A DNA stretch of 64,000 nucleotides from the IMG/VR virus record IMGVR_UViG_3300037423_001636, positions 77,169 through 141,168 of that record; one strand, given 5' to 3'. Below the pieces are notes generated by a model, which had not been told where the DNA came from, did not search any database, and worked only from the letters and a program-made list of their open reading frames with translations. This DNA comes from a virus (lineage: Duplodnaviria > Heunggongvirae > Uroviricota > Caudoviricetes). Made by a program: the position numbers and the translations under genes. Below, piece by piece: positions 1 through 8,961 of this stretch. Each line of letters begins with the position of its first letter. Position 1 is the stretch's first letter.

Positions 1-317
1 CATACGTTATCATGTTGATCGAATCAGATATCAACGATGCATTGGGTTTCAACTTCCTACCTCAATTCGTGCGGCGCTGCCCGAAGCGGTGGAATCCAAA
101 GACTAAAAAAACAGAACAGCGATATGGTGGCGCGATGCCGGATCATGTATTCAAAAATATGAGAGACTTATTGCATAGATATCATAATTTTCAAGCGCTA
201 TTTGTGGCCGGGCGCAAAGAGGCCGCGGCAGCAGTCGTGAAGCTTCTTGCAATGGGCGATGACGTAAAGCGACTTGACCTCCAGTATCAGCATGAAGCTG
301 GGCGACTGACATTCTGA
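1..317 (+). CDS. 5'-truncated ERCC4/XPF-like nuclease-domain protein (C-terminal part)
   Basis: Frame is open from the window edge (YVIMLIESD...). The YVIMLIES and FQALFVAGRKEA segments resemble the C-terminal half of phage ERCC4-domain proteins. Ends 2 nt before the terminase. Confidence 0.5.
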   Translation, partial: YVIMLIESDINDALGFNFLPQFVRRCPKRWNPKTKKTEQRYGGAMPDHVFKNMRDLLHRYHNFQALFVAGRKEAAAAVVKLLAMGDDVKRLDLQYQHEAGRLTF

Positions 318-319
318 CT

Positions 320-2206
320 ATGTGGATCGAAGGTAACAATCCCAAGTCTCGTGTTCCGAAAATTACGGAAGAACTGTTGGCACTCAAAGGAGAGCTGCCC
401 GATGAACAAGCCCGTGCCACGCTTGCCAAGTTCCTTTATGCCAACCCCGCCTTCACGGCGGACCTCATAGCGGGGATTAAGATGTTTCCATTCCAAGAGG
501 TGATGATCAAGGGTTGGATGCAACACGATTACAATATGGCGGTGCTGGGACGCGGACTCTCCAAGTCGTGGTGCTCTGCTCTATTCGCCATGCTATGGGC
601 TATATTCAATCCGAAGAATCGTGTGGTGATAGTCTCTTTCGCCTTCCGTGCCAGCCGCCGCATTCTGGAACAGGTCGAAAAATTCGTCAATGACAGCGAT
701 GCTATATTTCTCAAGAGCGCTATGCCGCCAAACCCCACTGCTTCAGCTGGTTTCCGTCGGTCTACAGACGAATGGAAATGGACGCTTCCCAATGGCTCTA
801 CAATTCAATGTCTTCCGCTTGGAGATGGAACAAAGATTCGTGGTATCCGCGCTGACACTTTGATTGTAGACGAGTTCGCCTATCTGCCCGAAGGCGTTAT
901 CACGGAAATTCTTCAGCCGTTTCTGGTCGCAAATAACAAGATCAAAGAACAGCGGGAAATCCAAGAAGTGGAGGATCGGCTGGTTGCGGCGGGACAGTTA
1001 GCTGAGTCTCAACGCACCATCATAGAAGAAAACATCAAGATAATCTTTCTAAGCTCAGCCTGTTACCAGTTCGAACACATGTTCAAACGGTATAACGAGT
1101 GGATTGAAAATATCAAATCTGACAAAGATAAGGGGGTGTCCTACTTCGTAGCTAGGATGGGTTATGAAGCCGCGCCGCCGGGGCTAGTGAACATGAAGAT
1201 TATCGAGGAGGCAAAACAGACAACCTCAGAAGCGGTGTTTGATAGAGAATATAGGGCGATTTTCACTGACGATTCTGGTGGATACTTCAAGGCTTCCAAA
1301 TTAGAAGCTTGTACGATTCCCGTCAAGGAATTTCCAACCTTAGAGCTGATTGGAGAGCCGAAAGCAAGATACATTATGGCAATCGACGTGGCCACGTCTG
1401 GCGCGGAAGACGCTGACCATTTCGCAATCTGCGTACTGAAGCTTGTCGAAAAGGGTGAAGGAGATGGCAAAAAGACCATTCCCATGGTAGTCCACTCTTA
1501 TGCTGTGGCTGGGGCTAGCTACAAAGATCATATACAATATCTCTACTACATTCTAAAGTCTTTCAACGTAGTATACATAGCCATTGACGCTTCACAGGGA
1601 GATGAGGTAGAGTTTTTGAATGCTGCTATTCAGTCCAAATTGTTCAAAGACGCAAAATTGAATCTCTGCGATATAGACGCTGACTTCAAAGGCTACGACT
1701 TCAAGGGAGTTCCCACGCAAATCAAACGGTCTTACAGTTTGGAAGAAGGTAGAATAATACACAAACAACCGTTCTCATCTGAATGGCAGAGATTTGCCAA
1801 TGAACATATGCAAGGGGTTTTCGACCGTCAAGATATGAGATTTGCAGCTAAAATTTGCCCCAATTCTTCTGCCGCGTCTAGAGCCGCAGGATTCGACATG
1901 TCTTTCATCAGAGATAACACGGATTTCGTGGACATGAGCCCACTGCAATTTGCAGAGGTTCAAGATCGTCTAATCGACATGACGAAACGCGAGTGTTGCA
2001 TGATAAAGCCGTCACTAACCGACATGGGTAGAATGAGATTCCAGCTTCCGCAACATTCGCGAAGGCAAGAGGGGCCAACTCGTGACCGTAAAGACAGCTA
2101 TTCCGCTCTTCTGCTAGGAATATACGCGACTAAGGTATATTTGGAGTCTCAGGAAATAGTGATACAAACAGGACCAAAAGACTTTCCTTATCAGTGGGCA
2201 AGCTAA
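320..2206 (+). CDS. terL: terminase large subunit
   Basis: Walker A-like LGRGLSKS, IRGIRADTLIVDEFA (Walker B), nuclease-domain YIMAIDVA and C-terminal DRKDSYSALLLG; precedes the portal. Confidence 0.93.
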   Translation: MWIEGNNPKSRVPKITEELLALKGELPDEQARATLAKFLYANPAFTADLIAGIKMFPFQEVMIKGWMQHDYNMAVLGRGLSKSWCSALFAMLWAIFNPKNRVVIVSFAFRASRRILEQVEKFVNDSDAIFLKSAMPPNPTASAGFRRSTDEWKWTLPNGSTIQCLPLGDGTKIRGIRADTLIVDEFAYLPEGVITEILQPFLVANNKIKEQREIQEVEDRLVAAGQLAESQRTIIEENIKIIFLSSACYQFEHMFKRYNEWIENIKSDKDKGVSYFVARMGYEAAPPGLVNMKIIEEAKQTTSEAVFDREYRAIFTDDSGGYFKASKLEACTIPVKEFPTLELIGEPKARYIMAIDVATSGAEDADHFAICVLKLVEKGEGDGKKTIPMVVHSYAVAGASYKDHIQYLYYILKSFNVVYIAIDASQGDEVEFLNAAIQSKLFKDAKLNLCDIDADFKGYDFKGVPTQIKRSYSLEEGRIIHKQPFSSEWQRFANEHMQGVFDRQDMRFAAKICPNSSAASRAAGFDMSFIRDNTDFVDMSPLQFAEVQDRLIDMTKRECCMIKPSLTDMGRMRFQLPQHSRRQEGPTRDRKDSYSALLLGIYATKVYLESQEIVIQTGPKDFPYQWAS

Positions 2207-2250
2207 ATTGTGACAATTGTCAGATTTGCGCACAACCAGAGGTGATTTGC

Positions 2251-2259
2251 GTGTAGATT
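2251..2259 (+). promoter_or_regulatory. GTGTA(A/G) putative phage late-promoter motif before portal
   Basis: GTGTAGATT, 9 nt before ATG 2269; same motif recurs before many genes. Confidence 0.55.
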
Positions 2260-2268
2260 CAAAGTAGA

Positions 2269-4254
2269 ATGCCAAGAAAGTACGTTAAATCCAGTCCATA
2301 TTGGTCAATACGAAAAGAGGGTTTCCAGCCCGCGGCGGACTCAAAGCCTCAAATTACCCCACGACCTTTCATCGATATCGGCTACGGTTCTACCCAAGTC
2401 GGAATCGCTGCTGATTCTACCACTCAATCTCGCAGTAGCCAGACCAATAGCGGACTTGCGGACCCCGGTGCATTCAGCAATATTTCTTCTATAGGGTTGC
2501 CTTGGAGTGCTTCCGGTGGCAACAGCTCATATCTTGGCATGAAAAGCGCCATCGATCTCTGCGCCCGTGCGTGGGTGGGCGTGAGTGCGGTACGGAACGC
2601 CATCGAAGTGTCCGTGGAGTTTTCAGATCAGCCCCTTTATATCAAGTGTTCCAACGAAACGGTCAAGAACTTCTTCACCGAATGGTTTAAGGCCATCCAG
2701 CTAGATAGGCTCAAAGAGGAGTTCTTTCGAGAATACTACCGTTCAGGGAATGTGTTCCTATACAAGTTTAACGGCAAATTCGGACCAGCTTATTTCAAAC
2801 ACTATCAGAACACGTTCGCCGCCAAGGAGAACAGGCTGCCGATTCGCTACGTCTTACTGAATCCATCGAATGTATTTGTGCCGACTGGACTGACCTATCC
2901 CCATAGCTACGTCCGCTTGCTATCTACGTATGAGTTGGAACGCCTGCGAAATCCAATGACCGAGCAGGATAAACAGGTCTACGAATCGCTGCCTGCTGAC
3001 GTGAAGTCCCAGATTCGCAGTGCTGGCGCTATGCCATTTGGCATCTATATTCCGATCGAGTCAGAGCGTCTCCGATTCGCCTTTTACAAAAAACAGAGCT
3101 ATGAGCCGCTGGCGGTACCGATGACCTATCCGGTGTTGCCTGATATTGAGTGGAAGCTGACTCTAAAGAAAATGGACAAGGAGCTAGCTAGAAAGATAGA
3201 GCATGCCATTTTGCTTGTAACAACAGGTGAAGCTCCTAACGAATGGAACGGCGGCAATGGGATTAATATCAACAATATAGCCCGACTACAAGCGTTGCTC
3301 AATAATCCAACTCTTGGCCGTGTATTGGTTGGAGACTATACCACAAAGGGAGAATGGCTAATCCCAGATGTGAGCGCCATTCTCGGCCCCGAGAAATACA
3401 GTATCGTCAACGAAGACATTAAAGAGGGGTTGCAGTCTGTGCTGGTCGGCGATGACAAATTCGCCAACGCGCAGATCAAAGCGAAGATATTTATTCAGAG
3501 ACTCGTTCAAGGGCAAGAAGCTTTTCTGAACGAATTCCTGATGCCAGAGATTATTCAGATCTGCGAGAACATGGGATTTCGTACCGTGCCCAAAATAGGG
3601 TTCCGCAAGATCAATCTTCAAGACGAGACGGTGATGGGACGGCTTTACAATCAGCTCGGACAGCTCGGTATACTTACAGCCGACGAAACAGTGGAAGCTT
3701 TGGAAACAGGTATTCTACCAGACAAGGACGAGATGTTAGAACATCAGATGGAATACAAGAAGCTTCGAGACAAAGGTCAATTTTTGCCTTTGGTCGGGGG
3801 GACTCAAGCCGATGATGGTTCTGGCACCTCTGGCGGCGCGGGATCTCCCGGTGGGCGGCCTGCCGGCAGTGGAGTTAAGAAGTCGGTCAAGACGGTCGGT
3901 CCGATCGGCACTTCGCGCGGCGCGGCTTTCTCGACTAAGGAGTATATGTCTTGTTTGAGAGCGTCGTCCAATCTACTAACCGCAATTACGGAACGTCTGG
4001 CCGCGCGATTCAAGGTGAAAGAAATGAACAGCGCACAGATTGGTGTGGCAGAGAGTCTGATGCGGTCGGTTATGGCAACTATGCCTATTGAAAAATGGAC
4101 CGATAAAAGCGTGGTAAGCGCAGCAATCGAGAATCCACCGCTGGTTCCAACAGCTATCGCAACAGAGATTGACGAGATTGCGGAACAATATGGAGTGGAT
4201 CGGTTGGATGCTACAATTCTGCGGCTGTGCAAGACGGCGCTCCCAAAAGCGTGA
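2269..4254 (+). CDS. portal protein
   Basis: 661 aa, between terL and the protease. REYYRSGNVF-type portal motif, Gly-rich linker ending GRPAGSG, C-terminal helical extension. Confidence 0.85.
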   Translation: MPRKYVKSSPYWSIRKEGFQPAADSKPQITPRPFIDIGYGSTQVGIAADSTTQSRSSQTNSGLADPGAFSNISSIGLPWSASGGNSSYLGMKSAIDLCARAWVGVSAVRNAIEVSVEFSDQPLYIKCSNETVKNFFTEWFKAIQLDRLKEEFFREYYRSGNVFLYKFNGKFGPAYFKHYQNTFAAKENRLPIRYVLLNPSNVFVPTGLTYPHSYVRLLSTYELERLRNPMTEQDKQVYESLPADVKSQIRSAGAMPFGIYIPIESERLRFAFYKKQSYEPLAVPMTYPVLPDIEWKLTLKKMDKELARKIEHAILLVTTGEAPNEWNGGNGININNIARLQALLNNPTLGRVLVGDYTTKGEWLIPDVSAILGPEKYSIVNEDIKEGLQSVLVGDDKFANAQIKAKIFIQRLVQGQEAFLNEFLMPEIIQICENMGFRTVPKIGFRKINLQDETVMGRLYNQLGQLGILTADETVEALETGILPDKDEMLEHQMEYKKLRDKGQFLPLVGGTQADDGSGTSGGAGSPGGRPAGSGVKKSVKTVGPIGTSRGAAFSTKEYMSCLRASSNLLTAITERLAARFKVKEMNSAQIGVAESLMRSVMATMPIEKWTDKSVVSAAIENPPLVPTAIATEIDEIAEQYGVDRLDATILRLCKTALPKA

Positions 4255-4277
4255 GCACGCAACTTCGCTTCGTTCTT

Positions 4278-4286
4278 GTGTAAACT
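4278..4286 (+). promoter_or_regulatory. GTGTAA motif before protease/scaffold
   Basis: GTGTAAACT, 7 nt before ATG 4294; no Shine-Dalgarno. Confidence 0.6.
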
Positions 4287-4293
4287 GTCTAGC

Positions 4294-5961
4294 ATGGAAT
4301 CACCCCACACGTATCGTTACAAAGCCACTTTCAGGTCCATCGCCAACATAGTCACTCCTAGCGATCAAGAGCGACAGGTCGCCAAGGCATCTCTGCTCCC
4401 CCTCAAGAGTATCCTTCCGCCAGACGTAAATCCGGAGGAAAATCCCGATCTGCTCTATATCGCGGCGGATGGAGCTGTAGCTGGACTGTGCAATCGTAAT
4501 GGAGACGCAATTGACGCCAAAACGGCGCTGGCGATCCATTCGACCGCCAAGCACAAGTATATCTCTGTGGAACACGATCGAGACCAGATTGTAGGTGTAA
4601 TTCTATACCCCGCTCTTACCCGATTAGATTCCAATCAGCCGCTTTCAGACGATGAGGCCGCTGCTCTAAACGAACCTTTCAATATGGCGTTTGCCGGGGT
4701 GCTATGGAAGGTGGCGAATCCGCTTATAACGAAATATATCAATGGAAGTTCTGACGAACCTCTTTCAATGTCATGGGAGATTGCGTTTGATACGTTCGAC
4801 ATAGGAATCGGAGATCACAATGTATTTCGATCTTCGATTGTGTCGCATGACGATCCGGCATTTGGCACATATGTAAAAATGCTGCGGAGCGAAGGTGGAG
4901 AGGGAAAAGATCACAAGGGGCAGGAAGTCTATCGAATCATCACTGGTAACCCCATCATTTTGGGATATTCGATCGTGGGAAGGCCCGCCGCACATGTGAA
5001 GGGTATTCTAGCAATCACCGCTTCTGATGAAAAAGAAACCTGCAAAACAAACCCGTCTATTTCCGACGTTTTGGCAGAGCTTCCAGAATCACAGCGCGCA
5101 ATATTCACCGAAAGTTCTATCTGCGAATTGTGCGACATCACAATGAGTGACGGCACAAAACACATTCAAGTGCCTGTGCTGGCTGGTCGCTATACACAAA
5201 AAAATATAGATGTTGATAGCATAGTATCAATAAAAATTTCAGCGAAAAGTGAAGAAAAAAACATAACTCACGCTAATGAGCGTGTAAACTCTAAGACACC
5301 AACCACCATGAAGATTGAATCTCTGGAACAACTCGAATCCAACTGGGCTGATATTCGTAAGCTCGAAACCGCCGCCTCAGTTGCTGATTTTGTCAAAGCT
5401 ATCAAGCAAGGTAGCGATGATTATATGAAAAAACTGCAAGACCGTGAGACAGCCGCTCAGCAAGCTGAGGCCGCTCGCGCAGAAATGGAAAAGACGGCGA
5501 AGCAGTTGGAAACCTCCATTGCGGATCTTCAAAAAGAACTGGAAGAAGTTCGCGACAAGGCGGAGTCCGCCGAAGCGATGCAAAAATTCAATGAGCGGAT
5601 GGCATCCTTTGATGAAGAGTTCGATCTGGACGACGAAGATCGAAAGATTGTCGCTTCTGACATCAAGAATCTCGATGACGATGCCTTTGCCGCCTATATG
5701 AGCAAATGCAAGAAGCTAATGTCTGCGAAATCAAAGTCCGCCAAGAAAGACAAGAAAGATGACAAGTCTATGGACAATGATGACAAGAAAGACTCCAAAG
5801 CATCTATCGCCTCCGTCAAGGAAGACAAATCTCAAGCAAATATTCCAAACACAGTAACTGTTGACGAAAATATGCTGGCTGAGATGGCGAAAGCGTTCGG
5901 CGGCTCTCTAAAAATCAACGGAAAAGCAATTAACAGCAAAAATTCTCAAAAAACTGCGTAA
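4294..5961 (+). CDS. prohead protease fused to a coiled-coil scaffolding domain
   Basis: N-half has CNRNGD, ISVEHDRDQIVG and LSMSWEI (herpes/HK97-type protease His/Ser pattern). C-half is a charged coiled coil. Start moved from 4276 to ATG 4294 because the motif overlaps the GTG start. Confidence 0.75.
   Translation: MESPHTYRYKATFRSIANIVTPSDQERQVAKASLLPLKSILPPDVNPEENPDLLYIAADGAVAGLCNRNGDAIDAKTALAIHSTAKHKYISVEHDRDQIVGVILYPALTRLDSNQPLSDDEAAALNEPFNMAFAGVLWKVANPLITKYINGSSDEPLSMSWEIAFDTFDIGIGDHNVFRSSIVSHDDPAFGTYVKMLRSEGGEGKDHKGQEVYRIITGNPIILGYSIVGRPAAHVKGILAITASDEKETCKTNPSISDVLAELPESQRAIFTESSICELCDITMSDGTKHIQVPVLAGRYTQKNIDVDSIVSIKISAKSEEKNITHANERVNSKTPTTMKIESLEQLESNWADIRKLETAASVADFVKAIKQGSDDYMKKLQDRETAAQQAEAARAEMEKTAKQLETSIADLQKELEEVRDKAESAEAMQKFNERMASFDEEFDLDDEDRKIVASDIKNLDDDAFAAYMSKCKKLMSAKSKSAKKDKKDDKSMDNDDKKDSKASIASVKEDKSQANIPNTVTVDENMLAEMAKAFGGSLKINGKAINSKNSQKTA
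5282..5290 (+). promoter_or_regulatory. GTGTAA motif inside the protease gene, upstream of in-frame ATG 5308
   Basis: GTGTAAACT, identical 9-mer to the site at 4278. Confidence 0.5.
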
Positions 5962-5986
5962 ACCCTTTTAAGGAGATATATAACTC

Positions 5987-6667
5987 ATGCCCTCAATCCG
6001 CAATCGTTTCTACCCACTTCACGACTACAGCGAACACAATGTAGTCAATCTCTACTCTCTGCTCACCAACTCTGGTTTGGCTGGTGCTCTGGTAAAGATT
6101 TCCACTGGCACCGCCAATCCGGCTAATGCCGATGGCTGGTCCAATACTACCGTTGGCACAAATATCGCCAGCACCGCTAGCTTCCGTTACGAATCCAAGA
6201 TGAAGGTGCTTCACACCGCGTCTGGCGACACTCGCTTCAATGCTCTTGGCCTGACTCTTTATAGCACGCTTGAGCAAGACGAAAACGGAATTCTTCTAAA
6301 GTACAACACGCCTCGCGCCAAAGAAATCGGCGCTGTGGTTTCGGGCGAAGCGGTTCCGATTGTTACCAAGGGTGTGTTTGGTATCTGGGGCAACTATATC
6401 GATACGTCCAAGGGTTCCGTTCAGCCGGGCAACCTCGTTTGTGTATCTCGCTCAGGTGACGGCCTTCTGGCCGCGGTCGATCCAACCAACTCAACGACTT
6501 TTAATCCGTCTGGCGTATTCGTCGGCGGCGCAGAATGGCGCTATGAGCCAAAGCACGTCGTGGGAAAGTGGCTCACCTCTCTACCGACCTCCAGCACCAC
6601 AGGTGTTGGCGCAGATTTCAGTGCGCAGGGTGGATATGCTCTGTTCCAGTTCAACCCATCCGCCTAA
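5987..6667 (+). CDS. head decoration/cement protein (putative)
   Basis: Between scaffold and MCP; strong AAGGAG SD; PLHDYSEHNVVNLY and GEAVPIVTKG segments typical of this position. Confidence 0.6.
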   Translation: MPSIRNRFYPLHDYSEHNVVNLYSLLTNSGLAGALVKISTGTANPANADGWSNTTVGTNIASTASFRYESKMKVLHTASGDTRFNALGLTLYSTLEQDENGILLKYNTPRAKEIGAVVSGEAVPIVTKGVFGIWGNYIDTSKGSVQPGNLVCVSRSGDGLLAAVDPTNSTTFNPSGVFVGGAEWRYEPKHVVGKWLTSLPTSSTTGVGADFSAQGGYALFQFNPSA

Positions 6668-6691
6668 TCCCACGAAAGGATTTTAATAGAC

Positions 6692-7831
6692 ATGAAAATC
6701 ACCATCGAAAAAACCGAAAACAACGTAAAGCTTCTGAAGCTGATGGCAGATGAGCGCAATCGTACCAAAGCATACGAGGCGCGCGAAGCTTTCGCGGCTT
6801 TCATCACCCAGCCCATTCTCAATGTAATCCAGTCAGAGCCTGTAATCGGCAATCTGTTTACGACATGGACCTATGACTATGGCACTCCGCCCTCGATTCC
6901 GCTCGCGCCACTCTTTGACGTAAAGACCAAAGATTTCGTGCGCGTATGGGCACAATCTCGCCCCGGCGGTCTAGCGACCAGCACGAACGTGGATGTTTCC
7001 GAGCTAATGGTTTCGACCTACGCTCTTGAGGGTGCGGTGGCTTTCCCGCTCAACTTCCTGCGCGCGGCCCGCGTTGATGTGGTTGCCTCTTATCTCCAGC
7101 GCCTTGCTCAAGAGTTCATGTATAAGCAGGAAGTGAACTCCGTGTCCGTTCTTGCCTCTGTGGCGGCCACTTCCACCTATACCCGTAGCGGTGGCAATAC
7201 TGCCTACCAAGTCATTCGCTCGCTCAATCAGGGAACCGTGCTTCCTCAGGATGTTAGCGCGCTCTTCACTTTGATGAGCCGCGTCAACGCTTCGTGGATC
7301 GGTGCAACCCCAGCTGGCGCTGGCCGCTCCATCACGACTCTGGTCGGCTCTCCTGAGTTCCTCCAGCAGATTCGCAACATGGCATTCGAGCCGTTGAACA
7401 ACACCCTACGTTCGACCTATCCGCTTGGTGGCCCCAACAAAATGCGCGAAGACATCTACGAGTCCGTTGGAGATCCTTCCATCTACGGTCTCGAACTGAT
7501 CTGCGTATATGACATGGGCACCCAATCTGGCACTGGCTATCCCTACAATATCATCTTCGGCACCTATGCGGGCTCTAACGCATACGCTGGCTATGGTGGT
7601 GTGGGAACCGCGGCATTCTCTCCGGGTTCTGAACAGGTTGTGTTCGCCTTGGACCGTCGGCAAGACTTCCTTGCTCGACTGGTCGAGAGCAATCCGGACG
7701 ACGGCAGCACGCTCAGCATTCGCGCTGATGACCAGTGGGTAAGCCGAAGTGAGATGGTGGGCTTTACCGGTAAGATCCGAGAGGGTCGAGTGGCATTAGA
7801 TGGCCGTAACTGTGTCGCATTAGTGTTCTAA
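6692..7831 (+). CDS. major capsid protein (HK97 fold inferred)
   Basis: 379 aa, syntenic position, followed by a strong terminator; ends with GFTGKIREGRVALD, an MCP-like terminal strand. Confidence 0.8.
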   Translation: MKITIEKTENNVKLLKLMADERNRTKAYEAREAFAAFITQPILNVIQSEPVIGNLFTTWTYDYGTPPSIPLAPLFDVKTKDFVRVWAQSRPGGLATSTNVDVSELMVSTYALEGAVAFPLNFLRAARVDVVASYLQRLAQEFMYKQEVNSVSVLASVAATSTYTRSGGNTAYQVIRSLNQGTVLPQDVSALFTLMSRVNASWIGATPAGAGRSITTLVGSPEFLQQIRNMAFEPLNNTLRSTYPLGGPNKMREDIYESVGDPSIYGLELICVYDMGTQSGTGYPYNIIFGTYAGSNAYAGYGGVGTAAFSPGSEQVVFALDRRQDFLARLVESNPDDGSTLSIRADDQWVSRSEMVGFTGKIREGRVALDGRNCVALVF

Positions 7832-7861
7832 TATCGCTTAAATCAGAACAACTTACAAAAC

Positions 7862-7890
7862 AAAGCCGCAGCAATGCGGCTTTTTTGTTT
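7862..7890 (+). terminator. Rho-independent terminator after MCP
   Basis: AAAGCCGCA-GCAA-TGCGGCTTT stem with GNRA loop, followed by TTTTTTGTTT. Confidence 0.9.
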
Positions 7891-7951
7891 CTTTCGTTCT
7901 TTTGCTTGATGTGAAATCTTTCATTTTTCCATGCAACTAACCCCAATTTTC

Positions 7952-7960
7952 GTGTAAAGG
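7952..7960 (+). promoter_or_regulatory. GTGTAA motif after the MCP terminator
   Basis: AATTTTCGTGTAAAGG, followed by two hairpins and an AAGGA SD before ATG 8034. Confidence 0.55.
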
Positions 7961-8033
7961 TGGAGAGACAGGCTCTCCACGTGAGAGATGACTCTCAGCT
8001 CCAACAGTCAGTCAAAGGAAAAGGAATATCATT

Positions 8034-8423
8034 ATGGCACGGACACCCAATAAATCAGCTAAATCGGCTCCACTCAATCTATCCACGGCTAAGACTGCCG
8101 ACGGCGCGCTTAAATCTCCGCTTTCAGTCTATGAAATCGTGGGCATTTCGACTAGCCCGTATCGAACCACAAATCTAGCAGAGTACCAAAAGACTCTTGG
8201 CAAGATGGATCTATACGAGCTTCATTCTCACGCCTATGACATCGGCGTTCTACCTTCTCATAGCCGTTCAATCATGTTGGATAGGCTAGAGCGCAAATTC
8301 ATCCAAGAACATTCTCGCATTTCGGCCGCACGCCAAAACGAGATCGACCAAAAAAACTCGGACGGATCTAAGGATGAATCTGCTCGCGAGCAGACGTTAA
8401 AAATTCTGGCAAAGGGGCGATAG
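8034..8423 (+). CDS. hypothetical protein (head module)
   Basis: 129 aa, good SD (AAAGGAAAAGGAA), helical. Confidence 0.65.
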   Translation: MARTPNKSAKSAPLNLSTAKTADGALKSPLSVYEIVGISTSPYRTTNLAEYQKTLGKMDLYELHSHAYDIGVLPSHSRSIMLDRLERKFIQEHSRISAARQNEIDQKNSDGSKDESAREQTLKILAKGR

Positions 8424-8447
8424 GCGGCGCAACCACTCGTGATTCGA

Positions 8448-8456
8448 GTGTAAATT
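8448..8456 (+). promoter_or_regulatory. GTGTAA motif before adaptor gene
   Basis: GTGTAAATT, 13 nt before ATG 8470; overlaps the CACTCG-TGATT-CGAGTG hairpin. Confidence 0.55.
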
Positions 8457-8469
8457 CAAGCTAGCCGCC

Positions 8470-8940
8470 ATGTCCTTCTGCACCACCGACATCCTCCTTC
8501 TATCGTCTGCTATATATCAGACTCTAGGTTCTCCCCCCACCACTTCCATCGGCTACATTTCCGGCTGGATTACCAGCTCGGGTAATCTAGGCGATTTGAC
8601 CAACAAGCTTGACGTGCCGCTCTATCTATCTGGAGACGCTCCATGCGTCGTTGGATTGGATACTCAGGAGGCGGCAGTGTTGCGCTTGGCATTCATGGCA
8701 GAATACTACAACGGGCAAGCGCTTTCCACATTGGCCGGCGTAGGAGTGGGATGGCTCGAACTGAAAGAGGGAGATACAACTATTCGTAGAGAGTCGCGGG
8801 CGACACTAGCCAAAGAATATCGCGGGCTCAGAGATTCGGCATACAAGGAACTGAGGGTTGCGATCTCGGACTACAAACGGGACAAAAGCTCGATCTTGAG
8901 CGTAGACTACTCTGACCTTCCAGCGTGGCCGCAGTCATAG
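8470..8940 (+). CDS. putative head-tail adaptor (gp15-like)
   Basis: 156 aa after MCP; ends with the ELKEGDTTIRRES...AKEY pattern typical of adaptors. Confidence 0.45.
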   Translation: MSFCTTDILLLSSAIYQTLGSPPTTSIGYISGWITSSGNLGDLTNKLDVPLYLSGDAPCVVGLDTQEAAVLRLAFMAEYYNGQALSTLAGVGVGWLELKEGDTTIRRESRATLAKEYRGLRDSAYKELRVAISDYKRDKSSILSVDYSDLPAWPQS

Positions 8941-8961
8941 CGGGGCGCTGATTCCCTGCCC

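Noticed and set aside
3804-4310. 168-aa antisense ORF over the portal 3' end, and many other 60-230 aa ORFs antisense or out of frame to long genes (e.g. 11432..12112, 49598..50197, 54669..55466, 58274..58777)
   Set aside because: Fully overlap well-supported genes, have no recognisable motifs, and show shadow-ORF composition.
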